DNA from: Vicugna vicugna
Lineage: Eukaryota
Length of the DNA: 64,000 bases
Direction: 5' to 3'
Assembly (NCBI GenBank): GCA_013265495.1
Contig: MU057781.1
Span: forward strand, 1-64,000
The notes beneath the pieces were generated by a model. It made no database searches. It was given only the letters and a program-made list of their open reading frames with translations, and was not told the DNA's origin. Shown piece after piece: positions 38,501-52,212 of this stretch. Each line of letters opens with the position of its first letter. The first letter of the stretch is position 1. The translations under genes and the position numbers were made by a program.

Positions 38501-39009
38501 CAGCTGGAACTCGCTTCTCTACTGGCTGAGCCTACAGTGTGGACGGGCAGCCCGGGACCGCCGGGCACCTGAGCGCGTCTGCAGCACGAACAGCCAGGTC
38601 GGCCGTCAGCACAGCTCAGGCCCACGTGGTGCGCCTCCCGGAGCAGAGAGGGAAGGTCAACGCGTCCCGACGGGGGCCACTCATGCTCCCGTGGTGTCTC
38701 AGAGGGATTCAGGAGGGCACTCTGTCCGTGAAACAGGAACAGAATGCTCTAAAAATAACAATCAGGAAACGGGAATAAACTCTAGGAAACTATATATAAT
38801 CCTATTATATTTATATATACTTACATCTTTATTTCCCAAAGAGCTCTTTCTTACTCTCTTTTACTTATGCTATCTTTTAATTTAATTTATGTGTCCTCAT
38901 ATAGAAGTAGGTATATGTCATCCCAATAGAGAAAATGAGTGGAGATTTGAAAGAAAATACAAGGCAACACCCCCGACTGAAGAAGAAGGTGATAAAGACC
39001 TTAGGGGAG

Positions 39010-40090
39010 GGAGGCATGAACTTGGGCTCGGCGATGGGTTCTTAGATACGGCACCAGAAGTGGGAGCAACCAAAGAGACACACAGAGCAACTGCACTTTA
39101 CCAGACCTGAAAGCTCTTCTTCATCAACGGGCGATACCAAGAAGGTGAAAAGGATGACTTGCAGAACGGCAGGAAATATTTCCAAACCGCGGGTCTGATA
39201 AAGGCTTTGTAGCCAAAAGTATGTAAGACGCTCTTACAACTTAACAAGGAAAAGACAATCCGGTTAAAACATCAGTGAAAACTTGACGAGCTGTTTCTCC
39301 AGAAATGATACACAGACGGCCCCCACGCACATGGAGAGAGGTTCTGCATCACTAGTCGCTAGGGAGATGCAAACCCAAAGCACCACTGGAGACCACGTCA
39401 CACCCACTAGAATGCAACAACTAAAAAAAAAAAGGAAAATAATGTTGGTGAGGATCTGGAGAAATTGGAAGCTTAGAACATCCTAGTGGGAATGCAGGTT
39501 GGTGTAGCTGCTGAGGAAAACAGGGTGGTGGTTCCTCAAAGCCTTAAGCACAAAATCAACATAAGACATAATAATTCCACTCCTAGTCATGTAATCAAAA
39601 AATTGAAAACAGGTACTCAGCAGATGCTTACAGACCAGTGCACACAGCAGCACGAGCCACAGCAGCCAAGGGGTGGGAACGACACAAGACGCTATCAGCG
39701 GGAGGTTGGGTAAACAAGACATGGTCTATCCATACAGTGGGATGTTCTCCAGCCACAAACAGCAGTGAAGTCCTGGCACCTGCTGCAACATGGACGCACC
39801 TTAAACCGTGTGCAAGTGACAGTAGCCGGGCACAAGGTCACCTTTCCTGATTTCATTTATATGGAATTTCCAGATTAGGACAGAGCACAGACGGGTGGCT
39901 TTGGGGCTGGGGGATGGCGAGGGGTGCAGAATAACTGACTAGTGGACGAGAGTCTTCTTTTCTGGTGGTAAAAATGTTTTGAAATTAGAAGGGGCAGCTA
40001 CCCATCCTTGTGAAGACACCAAACACCACTGAATTGTTCACTTTAAAATCACTGATTTTATGTCCTATAAATTTTGCTTTGATCAAAAAG
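39010..40090 (+). mobile_element. Old LINE-1 3' fragment (L1MB-like)
   Basis: ttcttagatacggcacca, tctgataaagg, gggagatgcaaacccaaagcaccac, tgttggtgaggatctggagaaattggaa, gttcctcaaa, caccactgaattgttcactttaaaa. Confidence 0.85.
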
Positions 40091-43000
40091 AGAGAAAAAG
40101 TAGGAAACACAGAGAGAGAAATAATTTAGGAAGCTGAACATCGAATTAACGGAAGAAGCAGAAAGAGAACAGAGAATGCTGGGGGAGGATTTCTGACGGC
40201 TCCGGAGACCAGGCTTCAGGTTCACTGGCAACGGAGTGACACCTGGACCCGTCGAAGTGAGATTTTGGAGCACTGGTGATAAGCATCGATCTAGAACATT
40301 CCAGAAAGGAAAAGAGAACTGATCTCCCCGAACCTTCCTAAGGGTTTAGACAGGCTGCAGGTGGCTGTGGGCTGGAAGTGGTCAGCAGGAAGACCCCCGT
40401 CCTTGGGCACCCGGTGTGTGGTCAGGCGGAAGGGCTGCGGCACGGAAGCTCCGGACTCGGGCGCGCCTCTGCTCCGGGCGCTGCACGCACACTGAGATGC
40501 CGCCAGCGTCCTTGGTGCTCATTGGCTGGCTTTTGCCTTTGCTCACATGTCTCACAGGGACAAAGATAACGCCTTCATCGCCCCCACAGGATGGCTGTTA
40601 GAACAACGCTGGGCGATGCTTATTCGAGACCCTTCAAGAGTCGGAAGCGGGGACGGGAGCCGAACCTCAGGGAGCTGCCACCGGCCACCAGATCTGTAAC
40701 CCACACCACCAGCCCGCAGGCCAGTGGCCCTCTACCCTGTGGGGTCCTCTCCCTCCCAGCCCCGCCCTCGCTCCCCGCCGACACACAGCCCTGGCCCTTG
40801 TGACCAGAGGCAAGCCCCCAGAGGCGACACACACGGCGACTCCAAGGGTAACGGAGAAGCCCAGGCTGCAAGCTGGATGAAGGACTGAGACTTTGACACC
40901 AAAGACAGTGACCATGGTGACGGCGGGCACATAGATCAAGTTTACTGTCACTGCCCACCCCTCCCATCTCTAGGGCGGGAGGGCCTGCTGAAGGAAGGAG
41001 TGATTCACGGAGTAGCAGATATCTGCTGGGGTGACTTGACCTTCAAGGCAGGGTCCCAGATCACCCACAGCTGTCCTGGACCCACATTGTCCAGAACATC
41101 ACAATGGACGTCCAAGCGGTCCAACAGGGGGCACCCCACCTGGCGCTCTGCTCTGCTGCTACTGAACCTGCTGGCCTCATTCATCACTGACCCCCTCCCC
41201 CACCCACCCGTCCCTCCCTGTGCTCGTGAGGAGGGCAGGTTCGCAAGCGGGTGGCCGCGAACCTCTCCTGCAGCTGATCCTGAGGTATCTGCCCCTGTGG
41301 CTGACCAGGGTCTCCCTGGTACTCCCCGGGGTCTTCAACTTCCCAACTTCCCACCGGCCCCCTCACTATCCATCACCCGCAAACCTGCGCTGAATGGGGG
41401 TGCCTGGGCCGCTCAGCTCTCCCGGGGAGCTCTCACGCCGGCCGGCGCTGCCCTCCCTGCCAGCACTCCTTCCCCTGCTTTGGGGCCCTGAGGGTGAACA
41501 GGTCAAAAGAAGGAAAGAATAAGAGGGTGTCCCGACGCAGCCTGCAGGGTCCACACGGACCCCCACGCCATCCCAGTCAGCCTCCCGCCTCCTGGACGGG
41601 AAGGGACCGGTGCGGAGGCGGGCTGAACGCGCACTCTGCATCTAAGGTGCTCTTCCCTCCTGAAAGGCAGCCTCTCCTCCACCGAGCCCCCCGCACGCTC
41701 CGCACCGGGAGGCCGAAGTCACCGCCACCGCCTGCCTGGGTTCAATTGGAGCCGGGAGCACCCGGCCTCTGACAAGAAGACGGAGGGCTCGGCCGTCACG
41801 GCGGTTAATTGCGGTGTTATTTACGTGTTTTGAATGCTTGTGAAGTTCCCGGGCTGTTTCTGATGCAATTAGCTCCACTGATGGCCAGGCTTATGAGTTG
41901 AAATGCTGGTAATCAAAGAGCCGCCCGACACGACAGAACACAGTGAGCACGGGCCTGCTCTGCTGGTCTCCGTGCAGAACACCGAGAAAATGGGTTTCAG
42001 AGTTTCTCCAGGGAGATGAAAGCTCCCTCTCGCCGGCACAAGTGCTTCCTCCACTTTGGAAAGATACAGGCTACAGCCGGAGAGACGCGAACTTCTGAAA
42101 GAAGAGGCGAATACACACAAAAACAGGTCTGCCTGTAGGCAGCCCAGCACCTAATCAGCAGCGCCAAAACAGCTGAGTTTCTCCATTTCATTACTCCTAC
42201 GTTCAGCAACGGGCACATGATTAACATGCATCCAGGACAATTATTATAGAAGAACTCTAACGACCTCTCACACAAATCCTTCAATAGCTTTGACTTTGGA
42301 CTGTTTTTGCACATGTAAGTGCGATGTAATTGTGTATTTTTTAAGAAAGTCAATTTGAACTTTTACGGATGTAACACTGTATCTCTGAGATTCAGGAGAG
42401 CAAAGCACACACGGGGCTTTCTAACGGATTGCGCTGTCCATTGCAAGGGCAGGCCACGTCTGTTTAACCTCCCGTGGGGATGGATGAGACGTTTTTCCTA
42501 GCCCTTTGCTGTAACAAGTCTTACTGCCACGTTCAGCCCTGCACACACCGACTTGGCATCTCAGGGACTTTCCTGAAGGTCAGTCTCGTGAGGGAGCAGC
42601 TGGGTCAGAGGCTGCACGTAACTGTGACTTTGGTAAGGACGCCAAATGGACCACCTCATCTTTAGCCCACCTGGAGGGAGGGGCTCTGCACCCTGGCCTC
42701 ACGATGAGGCCTCCTTACCTGTGCCAACGGCAGGGCAGGAGAAGATGCCAGCCTGAGTAGAGGTTCACTTACCTCCTGCTCTTCCATTAAAACATAAACA
42801 CTGAGAACTTACTGGGTCCCCGGCACCGCTCTTGGCCCTGCAGGAGGCAGCCTGGCCCGGGCGGTACGCAGCGGACACACTGAACCGGTGGATGAAGCTA
42901 GTCTCCCTGGCCACTGGCTGCGCCCCGTTTTGTTAGCCCCACTGGGGTGCCAGTAGGTGAAGAGCCCCATTCACGGAACTTACACTGCAGAGGACAAAGT

Positions 43001-46000
43001 CACAAGGTAAAATGAATAGATGAAGCGCTAATGGATACATGAAACCGATATGGCGTTCAGAATACAGTGTAAATTAGTAACAAACAAAGCAAACCCATGG
43101 CCGGGCCCTGGGCGGAGGCCGGGACGCAGGGGCTCCCGGTTGGCCCCCCACGGCAGCTCCCGCTTGGAGACACCGCCTGCCTCCTGCAGCCGCGGGTCCT
43201 GGGAGCTGCGTGTTGGAGAAGGCAACTCCCTCGCCGTGAGCACCCCCGTCACCGCGGACAGAGGGCTGACCTCTCCCCGGAGGCAGGACACCCGCAGGCT
43301 CGGTGCCGTCTGGACACTGGTCGGAGCGCCTCTGGCCGCCACTCCTCAAAGCCTCGACGATCACTGTCCTCCTTGGACCTGAGACAGGGCCCAGCCTCGC
43401 GGCCTCTGTGCAAGCACTGCCGTGTCGCGGAGAAGGCAGAGGGGCAGGTCCACCCCAGGGGAAGAGCAGGCAGGACGCTGGAGGCGCGGTCAGGGCGCTG
43501 CTGTGGTTGGGGCTCCCACGCCTGAGGCTGGGGTGTTCCCTGAAGACAGCCTGGCTGTGCAGGGGGCGCCTCCACTCTTCCAGCTCCGCAGGTCCACTTC
43601 CTGAAGGTCACTGTGAACACGGCCCGAGCGTCCACCAGTGCAGACTTAGAGCCAGGGCAGGAGGGGCCGTGGGTGCAGGGGACCGCCTTCCCGCCCCTCG
43701 GGGACACTGCCAGGGTCTCAGCTTTTCTGCGGCCAGAGCGGATTCATGGTGCCTGGCCAGGCTGGCTGGGACGCCACCACCAAGCAATTTATTAGAGATA
43801 ATAAACAATCTAAAGACAAAAACCAATGACCTCTACTACTGTCAAGTAGCAGCCATTCACCCTCTAGTATAAGTGGGAGGATTTGTATTCTTGATACCAG
43901 AGATACCAAGACAAGAAGAGGAACTTTGTAGAGAAGGAGGTACTTAGGAAGGGCTCTGACTTGGCCCCAAAGGGAGGCAGAATGAGGAAACTGGGCATCG
44001 GGACAGCAGAGGAGCTGGGGGCTGCTCCAGAGAAGCAGGAAGGCAGGAGAAGCTGCCAAAGGGAAGTAGAGCCCGGCTGGGAGACACCCCCCACGGCCTC
44101 CCCTTTCTGCATGCAGCGTTTCCATAGTCCCTCAGCATCAGGGACCAGGGCTGTCATCACAGCTTTCACTGGGGACCCAACCCCGTCCCCTCCTCCTGAG
44201 CATCACCAAAGGGTCCCATTGTCCCTCCATTTCTTCTGACACAAACTGCAGAAAGCTTGCAAAGGAACAAAGTGCAAAACGAAGCAAAAAGGAAACTACC
44301 CATCATCCTGTATTAGGAGAGAATTACTAAACCCTAGTGAATATTTTGTTTCCATTCTATTCTTTACTGATAAACACGTCGGCCCCGCTGAGACGACTGA
44401 GGGTGGTGAGTTCGTGTGGATGTCCGCCAGGGATTCTGCAAGCTGCGGGCCCTCATGAGGAAAAATAATATAAAATTACAAAAAAAAATTAGATGCAGAC
44501 ATGAATCTTTACTTAGAATGATGGAAGATATATATATATAGGTCAGCAAATCCAAAAAGATAACATAATATTTACGTCCACTGCCTTTCAGATTTCTGAA
44601 ATTCTTTTTGCTCCTACATGTCCAGGCTGTATCCTTGTCAAAAGCTTCTTCGTATGATAATTTCGTGGCGTCACCGCGTCACTCTGCAGCAGAACAGCAA
44701 TGCGCTTCCGTTTCCTGTGGGGTCGCCGCTGGCAGTCGCCACACCTGCAGACGTGCTCGCCGGGCACGGCGTCGCTGCAGGCTCTGCCCAGGGCCGCGGG
44801 CGCCCGGGTGCGCCCTGTCTCACGGCGTCACACGGCGCGGGCGGCGTTATGAAGTACAACCAGGCAGGAGGGAACACGCTGTTACCTAGCTGCTGCTGAG
44901 AGGTGGGACCTCCTCGCACAGTTTCACATGTCGGATGACGGGGAGAATTCCCCCCCGACCGGCTTCCCGCTCCACACACTTCAAACCTGGTCCAAAGTGT
45001 GCAAGCGGCCGCAGACGCCGCGGGACTGTCCTCTGGCTCTGCGCCTTCATTTCGTGACCCAGGGCAAGAGCAACAGGAGGCAGCAGCCCCCTGGGAGTGG
45101 TGCCCACCTGGCATGGCCGGCACCGCCCTGTTGGAAGGGCGCCATGAGCCCGAGAAACTTCCCCCTGCACTTGCTGCACTAAATGCACCCAAACTTCATT
45201 CCCCAGATGGATCCCGCCGCCCCTGGACCCTCCACCGGCCCCTGCAGGAGGAGCAGCGGCGGACAGACAGCCGCCGCCCTGATGGGGCACAGCCCAACGC
45301 CTTTGCAGATCTGACAGGAGCACGGGGCAGGGCCAGGAGCTCCCCAGGACCTTGGACAGATCCTGAAGGAGCTGGGTGGCGGGTGGGTGGCCCGGGGCTC
45401 CGGCTTCGTTCCTGTCTCTGCAAACCCTTCGCGGACGCTTCAGGGTTGCTTGCTGGACTTCCTCTGTTAACATGCACGGTCTCGTGCTGCCCAGAGCGGC
45501 GGGCGTGGCTGTAAAGGCTGCCTGACCTTTCAGCAGAAACATGCGCTGCAGTGTTCCCAGCCCCTGCTGCTGGGCACTTAGGCTTAATTTTTAACTTCTC
45601 CATTTTAAACCATGTGCTGCGGGGTCCTCATGCATCCTTCCCTGTGGGCCTGTGATGATGCCAAACTGCTCCCTCAATCTTGGGACCCACCGCTCAGTTT
45701 GCTAAAGAGCCTCACCCCACCTCACATGCAGGGGTGCCCGGGGCCGGCAGTGCACCTGTCAGCCTTTCTGTAGAGACAAGGAAAGAGCAGAGCTAAAGAG
45801 TGAGAAGGCCCCCAAGAGCACAGGCTCCATGGGGGCGGCGGGCTCGCCCCATCCATGGCTGCAGCTGCCGGTGGATTTCTGATCGCAGGGTTTCTTAGGA
45901 GAGTCCCAGGACTGGAACTGCTGGACTAAATGATACAGAAAAATTGAGTCTCAGTTTCTATCAACCCCTTTTCTTTCTGCCAGAAACATTGCACCAAGTT

Positions 46001-48773
46001 ACATTCCACCAACTACACATGGCGTTTTACCATCAGCAGGAAGAAGAGTGTAGGAAACACTCAAGAGTTGCTTGTAACAGCCCCACGTTAGAAACAGCAT
46101 GATGTCCAACCACAAAGCAATACGTTTATGCCCAAACCATGGATCTGACCAGAGCAGCTAAGACTGCAAATTCTTCCTACGTCACCTTATCTTGGTCTTC
46201 AAGATGTGTTGCTAAGTGAAAAGTCAGAAATACATGCCCTGCACAACCCCAAGCAATTTTTAAAAAGCCTTTGCATTTTCATGAACACTTGTGAGCGCCA
46301 TCACGCGTGGGAACTGTAAGACCATCACCCCAAACTGCTCGTGGAAGTTTCTCAGTGAGAAGAGCAAGGCTGAGAGTCTGTGTGCTTCTAAACTGATTCC
46401 ATTTCTGAAGGAGAATCTACTCACGATTCACTGCTTAATTACAAAGCAATGTAAACGTTTAAGTAATTAAGTCTTTAGTCCATAGAGACACACACCTCAG
46501 CGCACATTGCCTGATGGCTTAGGCTTAATCCACTGTCACCCTAAATGGCAGTTTAGGGTGAGGAGGCCCCCTCTGGTCACGGGTGATGGGCGGCCAGGGG
46601 CAAAGACCGGGCTGATGGGCACCTGCCTTGTCTGTCACAGGACCGCGAGGAGCCCCACTTCTAAACCCAAGGGCCACCGTGACAGCCCTCGAAGAGCCTG
46701 AACGCCCGGCTGACGACTTCTCAAGGACTGTAACCGCGTCTGTGAGTGACGCTTCACCCCCGTCACCCGCCCGCAGAGCTGCGCTCACTCAGCTCCCCGC
46801 AGGCAGCTGTGCGGGGGGAGGACCCGCGTCAGGACTTCCATAATCTATCCGGTGATGTTCGTGGGGGCGCAGCACTTCAGATCAGCTCATTTCAGTGACG
46901 GATGGAGCGTTTAATGAGGCTGATGACAAAGAAGTCTCCAAGACTGCTCTTTTGGCGTCAGACACACCGTTTCTGGCGGAACGTCCAAGTTGGCCCCCCA
47001 CACACGTCGCTGTTTCTACCGTAAGAAAGCACGTGTGTAGGACTCGTGAGCTCTGCCACAGAGGCGTTCCTCTGCGCTCACCCACTCGGGTTGGAGGTCA
47101 GTCACCCTGTGTAAGGGCCAGTCAGCTTCAGCAGCAGTGATTCCGGGACGTGGCTCCTTCCTTTTGGGGTCCTGCCTTCCCCGGGGTCTCAGAAGGGCCA
47201 GAATAGAAGGTAAGTGAGAGACAAGAGGTGGAGAGGGCAGGTCCTCTTCTTGACCCGCATAGCCTGGCCCATAGTCCGCCAGTCAGAGCCAGGTCTGTGG
47301 ACCACCCTGGCCCAGGAGGGGCAGGGAAACGCAGTCCTGGGCCAGCAGGGACCTTCCAGCTACAATCCTACACCTGGGGAGAGGTGACTTGGAGTGGACG
47401 GCTGATGTCTGCACGGAGCACAGTGGTGGTGGGGTGGGGTGGTACATTAGTCCCAGGCCAAGGAGAGGGCTGATGTGACCAGCTCCACCTGCCTGGTGTC
47501 CAGAGAGAACCGGGGCTCCCGGATCTCGGCCCCTCTGGTAACCCTCTGGGGCTGCCCCATCGGGTCCTCACCTGGGGACCCTGGAGCATGCAGGGTGCTC
47601 CTGGCATCCACATCATGTCTTCTCAAGTCACGGGGTGGCTCAAAGGGGACAGAGGTCCGCTGCTGCAGAATGCTGGCTCACCCCACGATCAAGTGGCTAT
47701 TTTTGTAGGAGATGATTAATTATAATTGTTAATTAAGTTTGCTCTTAATTACAGTCATTTTAATTGGGTCGTTTGGCCTTGGGGTGTGGATTCCAGTCGT
47801 CACAGAAATGAGTGAAGTATTTTGATGAAGTCCGCTGTGGGCACGTAGCCAAGGATGTTCAACCCTATTGAGTGAGATTCTCTTGAATTTCATTCATTTC
47901 AGACGTCATGGCACCACCACGAGCTGGCGATGCCAAGCCTCCGACAATAAAAGGCCCGTGGGTGGCAGAGTGGGCACCACCGTTCGCACAGTGAGGAGGC
48001 TCCCGCTGGGCGCCAGCCAGGGGAGCAGAGCAGCCTGGCCGGAGGGGTCTCTTCCCTCCCATATGAGAAGCTCTTTCTTTTCTGTGGTCTCTGTGAACTG
48101 AGTGTATTCCGGATGGAAGAAAGTGAAGGCAGGGTGGCCGGAGACGGTTACAGGAGAGAACACGGATCTCCAGCCAGAGCCACCACTGTCAGGCCCCCAA
48201 AACCCTGCCAAATGACTTGTCCTCTTAACCTCCACGTGCACAACTGAGAAACAGGGTAAGAGGGCCAGCTCCACCCCGGGCGCTAGCGAGCACCTGTTAA
48301 CCCTTTCCAAAGCGAGGAGTTCTGTTAGATGCCAGCTGCCCCCTGCTCCTGGCAGAGCTACCAGCCTTAGCTCTGGGGTGGGCAGGGCTAAACCAGCCGC
48401 ACGTGTCCTCAGCTGAAGGGCGCTGGTCTAACATTCTTCCTCTGGAGGCTACAACAAGCCCACAAGCCTGCAGTGGGATGCGGGAAAGTTTGTTTTCAGA
48501 GCAGAAGCCCTAAGGGAGAGGCTCTTCTTGGAAATGAGTATTTTCCCCCAGCCCTTGACAGCTGGCCCGCGGGGTCCGTGGGCCGGCTGGGGACCAGGTG
48601 TGTGGGAGCCTGGACGTGGAAGGTCTCTGTGTGGGTAAGGCAGAGCGGAGGGAGGGGCAGCGAGACGGGGGAGGAGCAGCTGTCTAGGGAGGGGGTGGTC
48701 GTGATGTCTGCTCTGTGTCCTGTGCACCACGTATCTACCCCAATTCCTCCAAACTTTGCAGATTGCTCAGCAC

Positions 48774-49192
48774 TGTGTTAGTGTCCAGGGGTCTGTCAAG
48801 ATAAATGAGCACAAACTGGCTTAGAACAACAGAAATTTATCCTCTCACAGTTCCGGAGACCAGGAGCCCTAAATCCAGGTGTCGGCCGAGCTCAGCTCCC
48901 TCTGGGACTCGGGGGAGGGTCCCTCCTGCCTCTTCCAGCTCCTGGGGGCTCCAGGCATCCTTGGCTTGTGCAGCATCCCCCCAGCCTCTGCCTCTGTCTT
49001 CACGTGGCCTTGTCCCCCTAGGTGTCTGTGTGCCCCTCCAGGCATTGGATGTAGGGTCCGTCCTAAATCTAAGATGATTTCATCTTGAAGTCCTTAATTA
49101 ACTGTACCTACAAAGACCCTCTTTCCAAATCAAGTCAGATTCTGAGGTTGCTTGTGGGTGTGAATTTGGGGGGGTGCCAGTCAGCCCAGGAC
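48774..49192 (-). mobile_element. MaLR LTR (MLT1B/C-like)
   Basis: ggcttagaacaacagaaatttatcctctcacagttccggag, cctgcctcttccagctcctgg, ccttggcttgt, caaagaccctctttccaaat. Confidence 0.85.
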
Positions 49193-49196
49193 ACCT

Positions 49197-49640
49197 CTTT
49201 TTCGTTGAAGGGTGGTTGTTCACAGTGTTGTGCCGATTTCCAGCGTGCAGCACGATGGTCCAGGTGCACATGTATTTTTTCATATTATTTTTCATTATAG
49301 GCCATTACAAGGTGTTGAATACAGTTCCCTGTGCTGCACAGTAGGACCTCGTTTATGTATTTTAGATAGAGCAGTTAATATCTACAAATCCTGAACTCCC
49401 AATTTATCCCTCCCCCAACTTTTCCCGCTGGTGATCATATTTGTTTTCTATGTCTGTGAGTCTGTTTCTGTTTTGCAAATAAATTGTGTCCTTTTTTTTA
49501 GATTCCACATATAAGTGATATCACGTGGTGTTTTTATCTCTCCTTCTGGCTTACTTCACTTGGTATGACGATCCCCAGGTCCATCCACGTTGCTGCAGAC
49601 GGCATTATCTCATTCTATTTTGCGGCTGAGTAGTACTCCA
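49197..49640 (-). mobile_element. LINE-1 3' end (same family as 15214-16015)
   Basis: gaatacagttccctgtgctgcacagtaggacct, ttttctatgtctgtgagtctgtttctgttttg, ttagattccacatataagtgatatca, ggctgagtagtactcca. Confidence 0.9.
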
Positions 49641-50794
49641 CCACATCATCCCAGGACACTTCTGAAATAGATTTCTCCTTAGAAGAAGCTACAAGTGCAG
49701 CTCCTGCTTCCAAACTGGTACAAGTGGAAACCGTCCAGGGGTCTGCATGGGAGAACGGCCAGGAATGAACGCTAAGGAGTCGAAGGCACAAATGTTCCTT
49801 GGTCCCCTGTGCTGAGAAGGGGTCTGGGGCATAGCCTCACCCACACCCTGGCTTCACCCGCAGGTGGAGGAAGAGGTTCTCACCAAGGCTGGAGACGCCT
49901 GGCCCCAGGGGCCGTGTCCGCGGGCCCCGGGCCCCGCCCGTCTACCCTGAGGCGCAGTCTCCACCTCTGCCTGTCTGGGGATAAGCCCCGCCCGCCCGCT
50001 GCTCCCCGGGGGCTGCTCCGAGTCACTTCAGCCGTCGCAGCCCAGTCTCATCACACCTGGTCTGACGGCCTCTGGTGCCTGGTAAGTGGTTCCCTTAAAA
50101 GGGGAAGAAAATGTTCATCTTAGCACTTTATTCCTTCATCTCGCCGGAGCTCTTCTGCGGAAAAGCCACATAATTAAAGAGGGAAGGGAGGTCTCCGCGC
50201 TGCATAAATCAGACGCGTCCTGGCTGCGAGCGGTGGCGCTTTCCTCTCAAATGTGAGGCTATGAAATCTAAGCAGGTTTTCAATTTCTCCTAATGCCAAA
50301 AAATGGCCATAAAATCAAAAAGTGTGAGAGAAAGGGAGAAGCAGAGCGACGCGGGGACAGTGCCCCCCAAAGCGGCCTCGGGGGGAGTCACCCCTCAGCG
50401 TGTCCTGCGGAGCCGCCTCACTCCAGCCTCTTCCTCACACGAGACTCCTCAACGGGCTGGACTTCTATCTGGAGACAAATAAAGCCTTCCTCCTAGGCTG
50501 CTGCGGGGGCGCGGCTCCCTGTGAGCCCACCTCCCTGCCGCGGCCACCTCGCGGGGGACACGGGTTCGTAGGCCGGGCGTTGCCGGGCCTCGGCTGCTGG
50601 TTAGATGCAGCGCCCGCGTGACGGGAGGCAGAGGGAGCCCGGGACGCAGCGTGCGGCGCGTGGCTGACGGCTCAGGGGCGCGGCTCGGGGCCCTGGGGTC
50701 TGTGCGGGGACAGAGCGGGACACGGCAGACCCCCGAGCCACCCTCAAGACTCCTTAGTCTGGAGGCCCGGCTGGTGGCTCTGCATTCCAGACTG

Positions 50795-51017
50795 AAAAGC
50801 AGAGACACATGTTACTGTACAGAAAATAGGTAAACAACAAGGACCTACTGTAGGCACAGGGCACTGTATTCAATTTCTGGTCATAACATACAATGGAAAA
50901 GAATCTGAAAAGGAAAGATACGTATGTGTGTGTGTGTGCATGTGACTGAATCACTCTGTGTACACCTGAAACTAACACTGTGAATCAACTACACTTCAAA
51001 AAAAATTAAAAAAACAA
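50795..51017 (+). mobile_element. Short LINE-1 3' end with poly-A tail
   Basis: aaacaacaaggacctactgtaggcacaggg...caatggaaaagaatctgaaaa...actgaatcactctgtgtacacctgaaactaacac...aaaaaaaattaaaaaaa. Confidence 0.88.
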
Positions 51018-51909
51018 AAGGATAGACAGCATTTAAACGGCACCGTGGGCACCAACTGACCCTCACCAGAGCGGGCCCTCACAAGGAGGCGGGGGTCCCG
51101 GCTCGAACGGCCAGTCTGCTGACCAGGAGCCACGGCCCGGTAGGCGGAGGTGGCGGGGAGCAGGGAGGTGTCACCCAGGTGGACATGGGCAGCTGGTTTG
51201 GTCTCGGGCATCTGGGTGGAGGACAGTCTCAGGAGCTCTGACCTGGCCTCCGGGGCCCCGACAACCTGGGACGGGCAGGACCTGGCCTCAGGACACGACA
51301 GAAGGCAGCGCAGTGAGTGCTTCGTGTGTGCACCAGCTCTGCGCAAGACGGCAGTGAGCCAGGCGACGCGGCTCTGAGTCCGCACGGACAGGGACTCGCT
51401 CCCTGAGCCCACTGCCAGGCGACAGGTGTGGAGAGGGCAGCACGGGCAGCTGTCTCCCTAACAGGTGACTGTGATGGGGACCAGAGCATCGTGGAGAAGG
51501 TGCCTGCTGCTCTTGGAGCCTGGAGAGGTGGCTGAGACCCGCGGGGGCGGAAGGGAGCCCGGGACGGCCCAGGCCCGCAGACCTCCCAGGACCATGCAGA
51601 GGCTAAGGAACATGGGGAGAAGATGGGGTGCATCCAGGGAGGATCAAAGGGCTCCTTGTGGCCAAGCAGGGGTGGGGACAATAGGGTCTGGGACGGTCAC
51701 TTCATTCCCGGTCGCGGGGAGTTCAGCAAGGTCTAGGGAGCAGTCTTCCAATCTCTCTCCTGATTCTGACCCTGGAGAGGTCTCTGTGTGGGCACCATGG
51801 CTGGCACCTTCCTCAGTGCCCACCCTCAGATCTGATGCGGGAATCTCCCAGGTGTGCGTTGTCCTGGCCTGTGAACGTGGGAGGTGGGCACTCCCCACAT
51901 GCTGGCCAT

Positions 51910-51948
51910 CAGCATTATTTCATTCTTTTTTAAGGCTAAGTAGTATTC

Positions 51949-51986
<38 letters not shown>

Positions 51987-52212
51987 ACACCACATCTCTT
52001 TATCCAGTCATCTGTCGATGAACATTCAGGTTGCTTCCATGTCTTGGCTGTTGTATATAGTGCTGCTGTGAACATTGGGGTACATGTGCCTTTTTGAACT
52101 AGAGGTCCCCCCCAGTTATATGCCCAGGAGTGGGATTGCTGGATCATAGGGTAAGTCTGTTTTCAGTTTTTTAAGGAATGTCCATGCTGTTTTCCATAGT
52201 GGCTGCACCAGC
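51910..52212 (-). mobile_element. LINE-1 fragment with an internal (TG)n microsatellite
   Basis: cattctttttaaggctaagtagtattcc, tttatccagtcatctgtcgatgaacatt, cccaggagtgggattgctggatcata, ttccatagtggctgcacca; pure TG run at about 51952-51984. Confidence 0.9.
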
